64,000 nt of DNA from assembly GCF_044324875.1 (NCBI RefSeq), contig NZ_CP172185.1; one strand, given 5' to 3'. The DNA is from Escherichia coli (GTDB lineage Bacteria > Pseudomonadota > Gammaproteobacteria > Enterobacterales > Enterobacteriaceae). Shown piece by piece: positions 41,622 to 54,263 of the stretch (positions are counted from its first letter, which is position 1; the number at the start of each line of letters is the position of its first letter). The notes beneath the pieces were generated by a model. That model made no database searches. It had not been told where the DNA came from and saw only the letters and a program-made list of their open reading frames with translations. The position numbers and the translations under genes are program-made.

Positions 41622-41951
41622 TTATTTTTTGCCGATAGCACGCATGGTGTCATCAATTGCCGTGATCAACAGCATTTGCGGGTCTTTAGCGCAAACCTGA
41701 TTCAGTTTTTCTACCACTTTGGCGCTCAGTTCCGGAGATTGCTCAATTTTTAAATCACGGCTGGCAACGCTGGCATTACCCATTACCGCAACAATTTCTG
41801 CAACCTGTGCGCTGTCAGTTTTTGCCATTTCGTTGGCTTCTGCGCAAGTAATATAGGTTTCTGACGGCAAACCGTTTTTAATATTGTAGTCCTGCGCCCA
41901 GGTCATTGGTGCGAAAACAAACAGACCCGCCAGTAAAGCAAATTTTTTCAT
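41622..41951 (-). CDS. ymgD: periplasmic protein YmgD
   Basis: MKKFALLAGLFVFAPMTWAQDYNIKNGLPSETY. Confidence 0.85.
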   Translation of the reverse strand: MKKFALLAGLFVFAPMTWAQDYNIKNGLPSETYITCAEANEMAKTDSAQVAEIVAVMGNASVASRDLKIEQSPELSAKVVEKLNQVCAKDPQMLLITAIDDTMRAIGKK

Positions 41952-41960
41952 CATCATTCC

Positions 41961-42305
41961 TTATTTCATTTTACCCAGAATTGCACCACCCGTACCGCCA
42001 ATCACGGCACCTTTAATCGCCCCTTCGAGGCCATTGCCGGTCAGAACGCCAGTGACAGCACCAACAGCGGCACCCACTTTTGCACCTTTACGCGCATTTT
42101 TACCGTCGCGGCCTTTTTCTGTTACTGCACCAACACCAGCGCCAACAGCTGCACCTTTCAGTACGCCATTAACACCATTGCCAGTAAGTAAACCAACGCC
42201 TGCGCCTAGCAATGCACCTTTCGTGGTGCGATTCATATCCGCCATCGCTGGCGTGGAGCAGAACAATGCTGAGATAAGCCCGAAGGCAAGTATTTTTTTC
42301 TTCAA
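41961..42305 (-). CDS. ymgG: glycine-zipper protein YmgG
   Basis: 114 aa with a signal peptide and repeated GxxxG glycine-zipper segments. Confidence 0.85.
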
Positions 42306-42780
42306 CTTAGATGTCCGGTATTAAGTAAGTTGCACACACAATAATTTCGTCTTCAATTAAGATCTGCTTAACTAAAGAACGCTCGCTATTATTCAGATAA
42401 TTCAAAATGAGCGTGACTGTGATGATAGGAATTATGTTTTTTACGGGAATGAGAATAATCTCAAATGAGAAATAACTCATTGATTGACAATATTTTTATT
42501 CAAGAAGTGTCATTGACTGTTAATACAATGTTGTAAAGGTAAGATAATCTGATTTATCAATATTATTGTGTGATTTTTATGTGAGCAGAAGATATTCATC
42601 AGCAACGATTACATTAGTCATTTTATTTTGCCGACGGCCTCATTGTCGAAAAATAAGCGTACGACAGTATTATCAGAAAAGAGTGTTTTATATCCAACCA
42701 CACCTCAGCGCACAGCGTTTAAAAAATGCCTCTTTCTTATGCGGGATATCATCATTTCATCATAATGTCTTTGATGAGCG

Positions 42781-43224
42781 GTGAACATAATACACTTGCG
42801 CTGTCTCTTCAGAATCAATCCCCTGGTCTGGTGCCTGCGGGCTGATGTTGCAGCAGAGCTAAGGTCGCTTAGAGGCTACTATCATTTATCCAATGGCATG
42901 GAATCGAAATTATTCGATACCCGCAGTATATATCGTGAACTGGGCGCAACGCTGAGTTACAACATGCGTCTGGGTAACGGTATGGAAGTTGAGCCGTGGC
43001 TGAAGGCGGCTGTGCGCAAAGAATTTGTCGATGATAACCGGGTGAAAGTGAATAATGACGGTAATTTTGTCAATGATTTGTCGGACAGACGTGGAATATA
43101 CCAGGCAGGTATTAAAGTCTCATTCAGCAGTTCGTTAAGCGGGCATCTCGGGGTGGGGTATAGCCATGGTGCCGGTGTGGAATCCCCGTGGAACGCGGTG
43201 GCTGGTGCGAACTGGTCGTTCTGA
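42781..43224 (+). pseudogene. ycgI: autotransporter beta-barrel remnant (ycgI-like)
   Basis: Only a C-terminal barrel fragment is present, ending ...GVESPWNAVAGANWSF (aromatic terminal residue). There is no passenger domain or signal peptide. The position matches K-12 ycgI. Confidence 0.55.
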
Positions 43225-43589
43225 CCATCAACGATTAAACTGCGCTTCGGCGCAGTTTCCGTTTACAGGATGTTAAAAGAGAAAATTCTGCGGCAAAAAA
43301 AGCCCGCCAGTTACGGCGGGAAACCTCATCCTATGGGAGAACAATGAATAATGAAATTGCGGGGTTATCATCTCCCAGTATACCCATACTAACAATAAGG
43401 TTATTTACTCAGCCAGGTATAAACAATTTGTTCTGTGTGGGGGGAACGGCATTAAGGTGTAAAGGGGGGGAAGCAATGAGTAGCATCAGCAAGAATACTC
43501 GCCGCTCTTATCAAACGTGGATGAGGGGGATGAAAAACTCAAGGCAGAGATAACTCTGCCTTGAAGATAAATGCGCTTTTACAGCGGGC

Positions 43590-43856
43590 TTATTTCAGCT
43601 CTTCTGCTTCCGGCAAGGTCACGTTCAGCTCAAGAATAGAAATATCGCCATCTTTTTGCTCAAGCTGTACGGTTACCATCTCAGGATCAATTTGTACGTA
43701 TTTACAAATGACCTCAAGAATATCTTTACGCAACTGCGGCAGATAATGCGGTTCTGCATCGCTGCGACGGCGTTCAGCAACAATAATCTGCAGCCGTTCT
43801 TTTGCAATGTTGGCCGTGTTTTTCTTCCGCGAGAGAAAGAAATCGAGTAATGCCAT
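43590..43856 (-). CDS. minE: cell division topological specificity factor MinE
   Basis: 88 aa, [31 protein letters not shown]. Confidence 0.95.
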
Positions 43857-43859
43857 AAC

Positions 43860-44672
43860 TTATCCTCCGAACAAGCGTTTGAGGAAGCCTTTCTTCTCTT
43901 CTTCAATGAAGCGGAAAGGACGTTCTTCTCCCAACAGACGTTCTACGGTATCTGCGTAGGCTTTACCCGCATCGGCGTTAATGTCGAGAATGACCGGTTC
44001 ACCCTGGTTAGAGGCGCGCAATACTGATTGATCCTCAGGGATCACGCCGACGAGTTTGATGCGCAGGATCTCCAGCACATCTTCCATGCTCAGCATGTCA
44101 CCTCTGCTTACGCGGCCTGGGTTATAGCGCGTTAACAGCAGGTGCTCTTTAATAGGCTCTTCGCCATTTTCTGCGCGGCGTGATTTCGACGCCAGAATGC
44201 CTAAAATACGGTCAGAGTCGCGTACTGAGGAGACTTCCGGGTTGGTGGTAATAATGGCTTCGTCTGCAAAATAGAGTGCCATTAACGCACCGGTTTCAAT
44301 CCCTGCCGGGGAGTCGCAAACAATAAATTCAAAGTCCATCGCTTTCAGATCATCAAGAACTTTGGCGACCCCTTCACGGGTGAGGGCATCTTTATCGCGA
44401 GTTTGCGATGCCGGAAGAATATAGAGATTTTCAGTACGCTTATCTTTAATTAACGCCTGATTTAGCGTTGCATCGCCCTGAATGACGTTGACGAAATCGT
44501 AAACGACCCGGCGTTCGCAACCCATAATCAGGTCGAGATTACGCAGGCCGATATCAAAATCTATCACGACAGTTTTCTTTCCCTTCTGGGCCAAACCAGT
44601 GGCGATGGCCGCGCTGGAGGTTGTCTTACCAACACCCCCTTTGCCCGAAGTAACAACAATAATGCGTGCCAT
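43860..44672 (-). CDS. minD: septum site-determining ATPase MinD
   Basis: 270 aa with the deviant Walker A GKGGVGKT. Confidence 0.95.
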   Translation of the reverse strand: MARIIVVTSGKGGVGKTTSSAAIATGLAQKGKKTVVIDFDIGLRNLDLIMGCERRVVYDFVNVIQGDATLNQALIKDKRTENLYILPASQTRDKDALTREGVAKVLDDLKAMDFEFIVCDSPAGIETGALMALYFADEAIITTNPEVSSVRDSDRILGILASKSRRAENGEEPIKEHLLLTRYNPGRVSRGDMLSMEDVLEILRIKLVGVIPEDQSVLRASNQGEPVILDINADAGKAYADTVERLLGEERPFRFIEEEKKGFLKRLFGG

Positions 44673-44695
44673 AGAAATTCCTTGTTAAAAAGGGA

Positions 44696-45391
44696 TCAAT
44701 TTAACGGTTGAACGGTCAAAGCGTTTTCGACTAACTGCAGTCGCGCCGCTTTGCCATAAAATTCTGCTGGGATTTGATCACTCAGCCAGTATTCACCTGC
44801 GATGGACACCAGTTCCGCCATCAGGTTCGTACAAAATATTTGCGTTTCCCGGTCACCACTTGCCCCTGCCAGCGCACGACCGCGCATCATGCCATAGACA
44901 TGAATGTTACCATCGGCAATCAATTCGGCCCCAGCGCTAACGTGGCTTGTAACAATCAGATCACATTGTGGAGCATAAATACGCTGACCGGAACGCACCG
45001 GGGTATCTATTAAACGCGTTTTTGTGACCGGCGTTGTATTTTGCGCTGGAGCCTGCGGTGCGGGAGCTGGACGCGGCGCTTTTTCCTTTCCTTCCGTCAG
45101 GATAGGCAGCCCCATTTTTTCAATTTCGGCTTTAAGTTGCGCATCTTTGCAGCCACTTACGCCAATAACCCGCAAACCGGTTGCCGAAACCGCCTTATGC
45201 ATCGCTGACCAGTTTACCGGGTCTTCCAGTGCACTGACGTTGAGTACAACGGGGGCATGTTTTAAAAATGCGGGGGCCTGAGCGATTTTGTCTTCCAGCG
45301 CCTGATGGATAACCTTAGGTTCTGCCTCATGCAGATGAACCACAGATAAAGTGAAGCTACTGCCTTTAAGCTCGATTGGCGTGTTTGACAT
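44696..45391 (-). CDS. minC: septum formation inhibitor MinC
   Basis: [32 protein letters not shown]. Confidence 0.95.
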   Translation of the reverse strand: MSNTPIELKGSSFTLSVVHLHEAEPKVIHQALEDKIAQAPAFLKHAPVVLNVSALEDPVNWSAMHKAVSATGLRVIGVSGCKDAQLKAEIEKMGLPILTEGKEKAPRPAPAPQAPAQNTTPVTKTRLIDTPVRSGQRIYAPQCDLIVTSHVSAGAELIADGNIHVYGMMRGRALAGASGDRETQIFCTNLMAELVSIAGEYWLSDQIPAEFYGKAARLQLVENALTVQPLN

Positions 45392-45909
45392 CCTGGCCTT
45401 ACTCAATTAGCTATTAATCATCGCCAGCGCGCGATGATGTTCCGAAGACTATAAGGCATGTTATAGTCTGGATTATATTGAGGCAAGTCACCCTCCCATT
45501 TATTCAGAGTAAAAGTCTATTCTGTGATAAATGGCGCTGATTCATAGCTTAAAAAATACCCTTGTCAATCAACCCATTGCCGTCGTACTTTTGATTCTTC
45601 TTATTTACGCTTCCTTTTTCCGCACCCTAATCGTGACAGCATCTTCAGGCCTGTTTAAATATCCAGTATTGAGGCAAGTGTATTTTTTCACCACGCCAGG
45701 CTTTCTTAACTTTCCATTTTTGCGGCATCATTAAAGAACAGATACCCGTTATCTTAATATCCGCCACAGAATTGCTCTATCATAGAAACCGCAGAAGACG
45801 TCTGATACTTCTGTCAGGTCATCGTAACTCGTCCAGGTCAGCGGTTTTGATTACGGATTGATGATGAAATGAGCATAAGTGTTGTACGGTTGGATTATCA
45901 GGATGTGCT

Positions 45910-46278
45910 ATGAATATGATGCGTATTTTTTATATCGGATTGTCAGGTGTGGGGATGATGTTCTCATCAATGGCGTCTGGAAATGACGCTGGCGGACTTC
46001 AATCTCCGGCGTGCGGCGTTGTTTGCGACCCGTATATTTGTGTGAACTCAGATGGCATTTCCCCAGAGTTAACAAGGAAATATCTCGGCGAAAAAGCCGC
46101 TGAAAACTTACAATCATTACAAGGCTACGATCCCAGCGAATTTACATTCGCTAACGGTGTATTTTGCGATGTTAAAGAAAAATTATGTCGTGATGATCGT
46201 TATTTTGGTGTGGATGGTAAGCGGAGTGGAAAAATCAATCAAACCACCACAAAGATGTTATTTATGTGTCGTGAGTGA
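45910..46278 (+). CDS. ycgJ: YcgJ
   Basis: 122 aa with a signal peptide. Sequence and position match YcgJ. Confidence 0.8.
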   Translation: MNMMRIFYIGLSGVGMMFSSMASGNDAGGLQSPACGVVCDPYICVNSDGISPELTRKYLGEKAAENLQSLQGYDPSEFTFANGVFCDVKEKLCRDDRYFGVDGKRSGKINQTTTKMLFMCRE

Positions 46279-46397
46279 TGCCTTGTTTACATTATGTTCT
46301 ATTCGGCATTGTCTGCTATTCGTCATTAACCTCTTGAGCGACAGAGAGGAGTGGGGCGTTAACGTTTATGACGGGGAGAGTCCCCGTCGGTTGACAT

Positions 46398-46799
46398 TTA
46401 CTTAATTTGAATATCGACGTTATATTTTTTAGTTTTGTTTTTACTGGCGTCGTTTCGAGTTTGCAGCACTCGCAGCTCATATTTGCCAGAAGCAGGGAGT
46501 GAGTATTGTCCGTGACTATCGAGTTCTGGGGAATATCTGGATAAATCAACAGAATCATCGATTCCTGGCCCGAAGAGGTAAGTATCAGCGCCTTCATTAG
46601 AGATACTCACATGCACTTTCTGACCTTTTTTGGCATAGAAGGTATATGTATCGTAATCGTATCCCTTTATTTCGCCGGAGTACTGAGCGCTGCTATGGCC
46701 TTTTCTGAACTCAACATTGACATTCTTACCCGCAGCAAAGCTCGTGGAGGTTAGCAGTGCAAGCAATAATACAGCCTTACTGATGCCCTTGATTTTCAT
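46398..46799 (-). CDS. pliG: periplasmic inhibitor of g-type lysozyme PliG (YcgK)
   Basis: 133 aa, [52 protein letters not shown]. Confidence 0.85.
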
Positions 46800-47006
46800 A
46801 GGTAGTCTCCTGTTCAGAATGAGGACGATGAACTGTTATAATATAACAATTCATCACAGGAGAATTCCAGTGGCTTTCCTGCGTTCGGTTAAATCCCGGC
46901 GCGGCATTTTTGCCGGGGGATCACTTATTAAGGGCGCATGGACTGAACAAACCGCAGAAATCTACAGCTGGCTGGCTTGTGGCGCGGGTTTCATTGATGT
47001 TAGCTT

Positions 47007-47333
47007 ATGCCAAAACCTGGCATCTCAAAGAGTAAAAGTATGTTTTGTGTGATTTATCGAAGCAGCAAGCGTGACCAGACCTATTTATATGTCGAAAAAA
47101 AAGACGATTTTTCGCGTGTACCTGAGGAACTGATGAAAGGTTTTGGTCAGCCTCAGTTAGCGATGATTCTGCCGCTGGATGGGCGGAAGAAACTGGTCAA
47201 TGCCGATATTGAAAAGGTTAAACAGGCATTAACCGAGCAAGGTTACTATTTGCAGTTACCGCCACCACCCGAAGATTTGCTGAAGCAACATCTTTCCGTC
47301 ATGGGGCAGAAAACAGACGACACGAACAAATAA
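47007..47333 (+). CDS. ycgL: YcgL (UPF0745)
   Basis: 108 aa, ...[32 protein letters not shown]. Confidence 0.85.
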   Translation: MPKPGISKSKSMFCVIYRSSKRDQTYLYVEKKDDFSRVPEELMKGFGQPQLAMILPLDGRKKLVNADIEKVKQALTEQGYYLQLPPPPEDLLKQHLSVMGQKTDDTNK

Positions 47334-47404
47334 CCGATATCCGGCGGTGGCATTATCTTTGTCGGCGCGGGTTTTCATATCCACGATAAGGTGAGGGGAA
47401 CGTT

Positions 47405-48064
47405 ATGTATCAACATCACAACTGGCAAGGTGCGCTGCTGGATTATCCGGTGAGTAAAGTAGTCTGTGTTGGTAGTAACTATGCCAAACATATTAAAGAG
47501 ATGGGTAGCGCAGTGCCCGAAGAGCCAGTGCTGTTTATTAAACCAGAAACGGCACTGTGCGATCTGCGGCAGCCATTGGCGATCCCATCCGATTTCGGTT
47601 CAGTTCATCATGAAGTCGAACTGGCGGTATTGATTGGCGCGACGCTGCGTCAGGCTACGGAAGAGCATGTCCGTAAAGCCATTGCCGGTTACGGCGTGGC
47701 GCTCGATCTGACATTGCGTGATGTTCAGGGAAAAATGAAGAAAGCCGGGCAGCCGTGGGAAAAGGCCAAAGCGTTTGATAACTCTTGTCCGCTTTCCGGG
47801 TTTATTCCCGCGGCGGAATTCACCGGCGATCCGCAAAATACAACGCTGGGCCTGAGCGTAAACGGCGAACAACGCCAGCAAGGTACGACTGCGGACATGA
47901 TCCATAAAATCGTTCCGCTGATCGCTTATATGAGCAAGTTCTTTACCCTCAAGGCCGGTGACGTTGTGCTGACAGGCACGCCTGATGGCGTCGGCCCGTT
48001 GCAAAGTGGTGATGAGCTGACAGTCACTTTCGATGGGCATTCTTTGACAACTCGCGTTTTGTAA
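47405..48064 (+). CDS. ycgM: fumarylacetoacetate-hydrolase-family protein YcgM
   Basis: 219 aa FAH fold ([10 protein letters not shown]...GTPDGVGPL). Confidence 0.85.
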
Positions 48065-48140
48065 TACTTTTTGTCGCCTGAAAGCGGCGGCAAAACTTGC
48101 ATCGCTGTGCCAGACTGGTTATAAGGTGCGTTTTAACGTA

Positions 48141-48602
48141 ATGGCGGAACACCTGATGAGCGATGTACCTTTCTGGCAAAGTAAAACCCTGGACGAAATG
48201 AGCGATGCGGAATGGGAGTCGTTGTGTGATGGTTGCGGTCAGTGTTGCCTGCATAAACTGATGGATGAAGACACCGACGAAATCTACTTCACTAACGTCG
48301 CCTGTCGCCAGCTCAATATTAAAACCTGTCAATGTCGGAACTACGAACGTCGTTTCGAGTTTGAACCTGACTGCATTAAATTAACCCGTGAAAATCTGCC
48401 AACATTCGAATGGCTGCCAATGACCTGCGCTTATCGCTTGCTGGCGGAAGGTAAAGATTTACCTGCGTGGCATCCGCTGCTTACTGGTTCGAAAGCGGCA
48501 ATGCATGGCGAACGTATCTCTGTGCGTCATATCGCAGTGAAAGAATCAGAAGTGATTGACTGGCAGGATCATATCTTAAATAAACCTGACTGGGCGCAGT
48601 GA
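48141..48602 (+). CDS. ycgN: UPF0260 cysteine-cluster protein YcgN
   Basis: [40 protein letters not shown]. Confidence 0.85.
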
Positions 48603-48808
48603 TAAATTTAATAGATGTTGATGGGGGCTTTCTTAATATACGTCTGGATACTCGCCATTTCGTAGCCCTGTTTTTGAAAGCGCTCTGTCATAATGAGAGT
48701 TACCCGATACCTTATTATCAACAGGTAACTCTCAATCTTTAAAAAACGGCTGTGTTTTTAAATGTGATAAACTTTATACCTTGAGTACATGGAGAGAATA
48801 ATCGCTTA

Positions 48809-49720
48809 TCAGACTTCAGGTACCTCAAAGAGTGTCTTTTTACCGTGTCTTTTCTGATACTCATTACAGGTGTTAATCATTTTTTTGGCCGCTTCTTTTA
48901 GCAAAGAAAGCATTAAATCATCATAATCAACGTAGAATCTGGTTGTTTCAGTTTCCGTTTTTATCTCCCCGATGGCGGCTATTTCGGTGGTTAATTTCAA
49001 TTTGGCGGCATCGATATCTTTATTCGCTTGTTTAACCGTGTTAGACAGGGTGGTAAAGAAACTCTGCACAGATTTTAACTTGTTCTTCAATTCTGGAATC
49101 AGTTTCCCTTCAACTACGCCCGCAGCAATAGAATAGGAAATGATTAATCCAAATGGACCGGCGACGACACCGGCTGCGGCACCGGCATACGCTTCCTTCC
49201 TGATTTTATCTACCTGTGACTGGAAATAGCTGCTTTTTTCTGAAAAATCATTGGTTAACTGGCTATCTAACGCCAGCAGTTTTCCGGAAGCGTTGTTGAA
49301 ACTTTGTGAGCTTACCAGCAGGGATTTTTGCGCTTCATTCAGCTTCGTGATGCCGTCATCCAGTACCTTAATGAGAATGTCTTTCTGGGCGGATGCTTTC
49401 TTCTCATTGTACTCATCAAATAGCAAAATATATGCTGCGAGCAATTGCGTCGCAACACCACACCATTCATACACCGTTTGGGTTGCTTCAAAATACTTAT
49501 CCTGGCTATCCATAAGTAAGGTTTTAATATCGCCAACTAAAACGGAGGCTGCCTGTGAATACTCCTGTTTAAAGCGACTTAACTCTTTTATGGTTTCATC
49601 GAAGGTCTGCCAGGGGATGACCTGATCGAGATATTTATTATAAAGGTCTAATGCTCCATCTGCGGTTCCGATTGCGTTTTTAACTACCTCTACCGTTTTA
49701 TCTGCAACGATTTCAGTCAT
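48809..49720 (-). CDS. hlyE: pore-forming cytolysin HlyE/ClyA (full length)
   Basis: MTEIVADKTVEVVKNAI...KKTLFEVPEV, 303 aa from the MTEIV start. Confidence 0.95.
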   Translation of the reverse strand: MTEIVADKTVEVVKNAIGTADGALDLYNKYLDQVIPWQTFDETIKELSRFKQEYSQAASVLVGDIKTLLMDSQDKYFEATQTVYEWCGVATQLLAAYILLFDEYNEKKASAQKDILIKVLDDGITKLNEAQKSLLVSSQSFNNASGKLLALDSQLTNDFSEKSSYFQSQVDKIRKEAYAGAAAGVVAGPFGLIISYSIAAGVVEGKLIPELKNKLKSVQSFFTTLSNTVKQANKDIDAAKLKLTTEIAAIGEIKTETETTRFYVDYDDLMLSLLKEAAKKMINTCNEYQKRHGKKTLFEVPEV

Positions 49721-50052
49721 AATCATTTGCCTCTTTAAATATATAAATTGTAATGAAACTCCTGTTTTACAACTATTAATGAATTTTACTTCATCTAATT
49801 CATAGTTAGCCGGGCGAGATGCGTCAATGTCTTTATTTCTATTAATATGATAAATATCAAACAATGTTTAATGTCATTATGGCGAATGCTTCTATTCTAT
49901 TTTTTAGCCGGGTGATATTTTTCATTTCTGCTGGATGAGCGTCGTCGCCAGAAGGCGCGTGAGCACAGGATAAGAGAACGAAAAATCAGCAGTCTATGCA
50001 GCGACAAATATTGATAGCCTGAATCAGTATTGATCTGCTGGCAAGAACAGAC

Positions 50053-50072
50053 TACTGTATATAAAAACAGTA
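50053..50072 (+). promoter_or_regulatory. LexA (SOS) box of umuDC
   Basis: TACTGTATATAAAAACAGTA fits CTG-N10-CAG, 20 nt upstream of the umuD ATG. Confidence 0.9.
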
Positions 50073-50091
50073 TAACTTCAGGCAGATTATT

Positions 50092-50511
50092 ATGTTGTTT
50101 ATCAAGCCTGCGGATCTCCGCGAAATTGTGACTTTTCCGCTATTTAGCGATCTTGTTCAGTGTGGCTTTCCTTCACCGGCCGCAGATTACGTTGAACAGC
50201 GCATCGATCTGAATCAACTGTTGATCCAGCATCCCAGCGCGACTTACTTCGTCAAAGCAAGTGGTGATTCTATGATTGACGGTGGGATTAGTGACGGTGA
50301 TTTACTGATTGTCGATAGCGCTATTACCGCCAGCCATGGTGATATTGTCATCGCTGCTGTTGACGGCGAGTTTACGGTGAAAAAATTGCAACTACGCCCG
50401 ACTGTACAGCTTATTCCCATGAACAGTGCATATTCACCCATTACCATCAGTAGCGAAGATACGCTGGATGTCTTTGGTGTGGTGATCCACGTCGTTAAGG
50501 CGATGCGCTGA
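50092..50511 (+). CDS. umuD: DNA polymerase V subunit UmuD
   Basis: 139 aa, a LexA-like S24 peptidase with the cleavage region [13 protein letters not shown]. Confidence 0.95.
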
Positions 50512-51779
50512 TGTTTGCCCTCTGTGATGTAAACGCGTTTTATGCCAGCTGTGAGACGGTGTTTCGCCCTGATTTATGGGGTAAACCAGTGGTTGTGCTA
50601 TCGAATAATGACGGTTGCGTTATCGCCCGAAACGCTGAGGCAAAGGCGCTGGGTGTTAAAATGGGCGATCCCTGGTTCAAACAAAAAGATCTGTTTCGTC
50701 GCTGTGGCGTGGTTTGCTTTAGCAGCAATTATGAGCTTTACGCAGACATGAGCAATCGGGTGATGTCGACGCTGGAAGAGCTATCGCCCCGCGTCGAGAT
50801 TTACAGTATTGATGAGGCATTCTGCGATCTGACCGGTGTGCGTAATTGTCGCGATCTGACTGATTTTGGCAGAGAAATTCGCGTAACGGTACTACAACGT
50901 ACCCATCTTACTGTTGGTGTGGGGATCGCCCAGACCAAAACGCTGGCTAAGCTTGCCAATCATGCGGCAAAAAAATGGCAGCGGCAGACGGGTGGGGTGG
51001 TGGATTTATCAAATCTGGAACGCCAGCGTAAATTAATGTCTGCTCTCCCCGTGGATGAAGTCTGGGGGATTGGACGGCGGATCAGCAAAAAACTGGATGC
51101 GATGGGGATCAAAACCGTTCTCGATTTGGCGGATACAGATATCCGGTTTATCCGTAAACATTTTAATGTCGTGCTCGAAAGAACGGTGCGTGAACTGCGC
51201 GGCGAACCCTGTTTGCAACTGGAAGAGTTTGCACCGACGAAGCAGGAAATTATCTGTTCCCGCTCGTTTGGTGAACGCATCACGGATTATACGTCGATGC
51301 GGCAGGCCATTTGTAGTTACGCTGCCCGGGCGGCGGAAAAACTTCGCAGTGAGCATCAATATTGTCGGTTTATTTCCACGTTTATTAAGACGTCACCATT
51401 TGCGCTCAATGAACCTTATTACGGCAATAGCGCGTCGGTAAAACTGCTGACGCCCACTCAGGACAGCAGGGATATCATTAACGCCGCTACGCGATCTCTG
51501 GATGCCATCTGGCAAGCGGGCCATCGTTACCAAAAAGCGGGCGTGATGCTGGGGGATTTCTTCAGTCAGGGAGTCGCGCAGCTCAATTTATTCGATGACA
51601 ACGCACCGCGCCCCGGGAGTGAGCAATTGATGGCGGTAATGGATACGCTAAATGCTAAAGAGGGCAGAGGAACACTCTATTTTGCCGGGCAGGGGATCCA
51701 GCAACAATGGCAGATGAAGCGTGCCATGCTTTCACCACGTTATACAACGCGAAGTTCTGATTTACTGCGGGTCAAATAA
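50511..51779 (+). CDS. umuC: DNA polymerase V catalytic subunit UmuC
   Basis: 422 aa Y-family polymerase, [22 protein letters not shown]. Confidence 0.95.
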   Translation: MFALCDVNAFYASCETVFRPDLWGKPVVVLSNNDGCVIARNAEAKALGVKMGDPWFKQKDLFRRCGVVCFSSNYELYADMSNRVMSTLEELSPRVEIYSIDEAFCDLTGVRNCRDLTDFGREIRVTVLQRTHLTVGVGIAQTKTLAKLANHAAKKWQRQTGGVVDLSNLERQRKLMSALPVDEVWGIGRRISKKLDAMGIKTVLDLADTDIRFIRKHFNVVLERTVRELRGEPCLQLEEFAPTKQEIICSRSFGERITDYTSMRQAICSYAARAAEKLRSEHQYCRFISTFIKTSPFALNEPYYGNSASVKLLTPTQDSRDIINAATRSLDAIWQAGHRYQKAGVMLGDFFSQGVAQLNLFDDNAPRPGSEQLMAVMDTLNAKEGRGTLYFAGQGIQQQWQMKRAMLSPRYTTRSSDLLRVK

Positions 51780-51797
51780 ACATAGCGGCAGGAAAAA

Positions 51798-51817
51798 AGC
51801 GCTCCCGCAGGAGCGCT
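51798..51817 (-). terminator. dsbB intrinsic terminator
   Basis: Stem AGCGCTCC / GGAGCGCT. On the minus strand it is followed by TTTTTT. Confidence 0.7.
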
Positions 51818-51824
51818 GAATGGA

Positions 51825-52355
51825 TTAGCGACCGAACAGGTCACGTTTTTTCGCTTTAAACGGCTGGGAAATCACCACCAGCACCGCGACAATCAGGTAA
51901 GCGATAAAAATACCGAGCAACCACTGCGGCATTTCCAGACCTAAAAAATCCCACTGACGCTCGGCGCAATCGCCAGAGGCGACAAACACTTGCGGCACCC
52001 ATTTATCCAGCGGCAGCCATTCCGGGAAACGAACCATAAAATCACAGGTCGCAAACGGCGAAGGATAGAGCTGAAGCATGGTGTGCTCGTAAGTTAACTG
52101 CACACCGCGGAACGCACTATACAACCAGATAACCATCGCTACATAACGCAGCGGAGTTTTCGGGGCGATCGCGCCAATCAGCGCAGCACCCAGAACGCCG
52201 AATAACGCGCAGCGTTCATAAATACAGAGCACGCAAGGTTTCAGTAACATCACATGCTGGAACCACAGTGCCGTCAGTTCCAGTGCCAGAGCGGTAAACG
52301 CCATCAACAGCCACGCGCCCCGGCCTTGTGAACATTGGTTCAAAAATCGCAACAT
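51825..52355 (-). CDS. dsbB: disulfide oxidoreductase DsbB
   Basis: [49 protein letters not shown]. Confidence 0.95.
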   Translation of the reverse strand: MLRFLNQCSQGRGAWLLMAFTALALELTALWFQHVMLLKPCVLCIYERCALFGVLGAALIGAIAPKTPLRYVAMVIWLYSAFRGVQLTYEHTMLQLYPSPFATCDFMVRFPEWLPLDKWVPQVFVASGDCAERQWDFLGLEMPQWLLGIFIAYLIVAVLVVISQPFKAKKRDLFGR

Positions 52356-52500
52356 AATCATTTCCCTGCAATATGCATAGAGTGCGCAGTTTAAACCAAT
52401 TCATTCGCTGCGCCACCAGGAGGCAGCAAAAATAGGACGCAATTGGACAATTATCGGGCGAAAAGGCAAACCGGGCATTTATATGCCCGGTAAGTTGTTA

Positions 52501-54042
52501 TCAAAGCGTTGCTATCCAGCCCATTTGCATAAACCATTCGGTTACAGGGGCAAGCGTAAACTCGACGCAAAGTAGTCCGACGAGTGTCAGGACGAGGGTG
52601 TAAGGCAGGGCCATCCACACCATGCGGCCATAAGAGAGGCGAATCAATGGCGCGAGTGCAGAGGTCAGCAGGAACAGGAACGCAGCCTGACCGTTCGGCG
52701 TAGCGACGGAGGGCAGATTGGTACCGGTATTAATGGCGACCGCCAGCAGCTCGTATTGCTTCAACGTGATAGCGCCGCTTTCCATTGCCGCTTTCGCTTC
52801 GTTGATATAAATCGTCCCCACGAAGACGTTATCCGAAATGGATGACAGCAGACCGTTGAAAATATAGAACAGCGACAGCTGAGCATGTTCCGATGCCTGC
52901 AACACAAACTGAATAATCGGCGAAAACAGTTGTTGGTCGATAATCACCGCGACTACCGAGAAAAACACCGTCAACAGTGCGGTGAATGGCAGAGATTCGG
53001 TGAAGGCTTTACCGATAGCATGTTCATCGGTGACACCGGTCAATGATGTCGCCAGAATAATGACCGACAAACCAATCAAGCCAACTTCCGCCAGATGCAA
53101 CGCCAGCGCAGTCACCAGCCAGACGCCAATAATCGCCTGGACAATCAGACGGATTTTATCCTGACGGGTACGCTGGTGGCGGCTTTGATCGTCAAACTGT
53201 TGCAACACTTCGCGGACTTTCTCCGGCAGCGTTTCACCGTAGCCAAACCAACGCAGCTTCTCTACCAGCAGGCAGGTTAACAGGCCACAAATCAGAACCG
53301 GAACGGTCACTGGCGACATGCGCAGGAAGAAATCGCCAAAATGCCAGCCAGCAGCTTTAGCGATGATCAGGTTCTGTGGTTCGCCCACCATGGTCATCAC
53401 GCCGCCTAATGCAGTGCCGACACCGGCATGCATCATCAGGCTACGCAGAAAGCCACGGAACTGTTCCAGAACCACTTTGTAATGCTTGTCGATATGACTA
53501 TCGTCTTGCAGGTCGGTATCTTCGGTACGGGAAGAGGCTACGCGGTGATAAATACCATAAAAACCGACAGCAACGCTGATCACCACCGCCACGACGGTTA
53601 AGGCATCGAGGAACGCGGAGAGGAACGCCGCCGCCACGCAAAAAGAGAGCGACAGCAGCATTTTGGAGCGAATGCTTAACAGCAAACGGGTAAATATGAA
53701 CAGCAACAGCTGTTTCATAAAATAGATACCCGCCACCATAAACATCAGTAACAGCAAGACTTCAAGATTTGCCGCCACCTCTTCACGGACGTGTTCCGCG
53801 CTGGTCATGCCGATGAATACCGCTTCGATAGCCAACAGACCACCGGGGAGCAGCGGGTAGCATTTCAGGGCCATCGCCAGAGTGAAAATAAATTCCGCTA
53901 CCAGCAACCAGCCCGCGACGAAAGGGCTGATGAGGAAAATTAACGGATTTACGATTAAGAAAATGATGAGGGCGAGTTTGTACCAGTCGGGGGACTGGCC
54001 CAAAAAATTGCGCCATAGCGCGCGGCCCCAGGAGATCTCCAT
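52501..54042 (-). CDS. nhaB: Na+/H+ antiporter NhaB
   Basis: [33 protein letters not shown], 513 aa from this start. Confidence 0.95.
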
Positions 54043-54263
54043 GATGGTTTCCCTTACCTTACAAATAATCAATGATGTTTTTATGTTTAAACGCAAAGCT
54101 TAACGGTCAGGCAGGAGTGAGGCAAGTCTTGATAGTCAAGGGGAAAGAGATGCGGAAAATGAAGCCTTGATCCCTTTTTTCTTCTTTTTGTCTGCTATCA
54201 GCGTAGTTAGCCCTCTGGTATGATGAGTCCAACTTTGTTTTGCTGTGTTATGGAAATCTCACT

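Noticed and set aside
42034-42324. 96-aa Pro/Ala/Thr-rich ORF
   Set aside because: It is the antisense of the glycine-zipper gene ymgG, whose GGN/GCN codons read as Pro/Ala on the other strand.
43344-43553. 69-aa ORF between the ycgI remnant and minE, and ORF 42566-42784
   Set aside because: K-12 annotates small proteins (ymgI, ymgJ) somewhere in this neighbourhood. I cannot match these translations to them from memory and see no convincing translation signals, so they are left uncalled.
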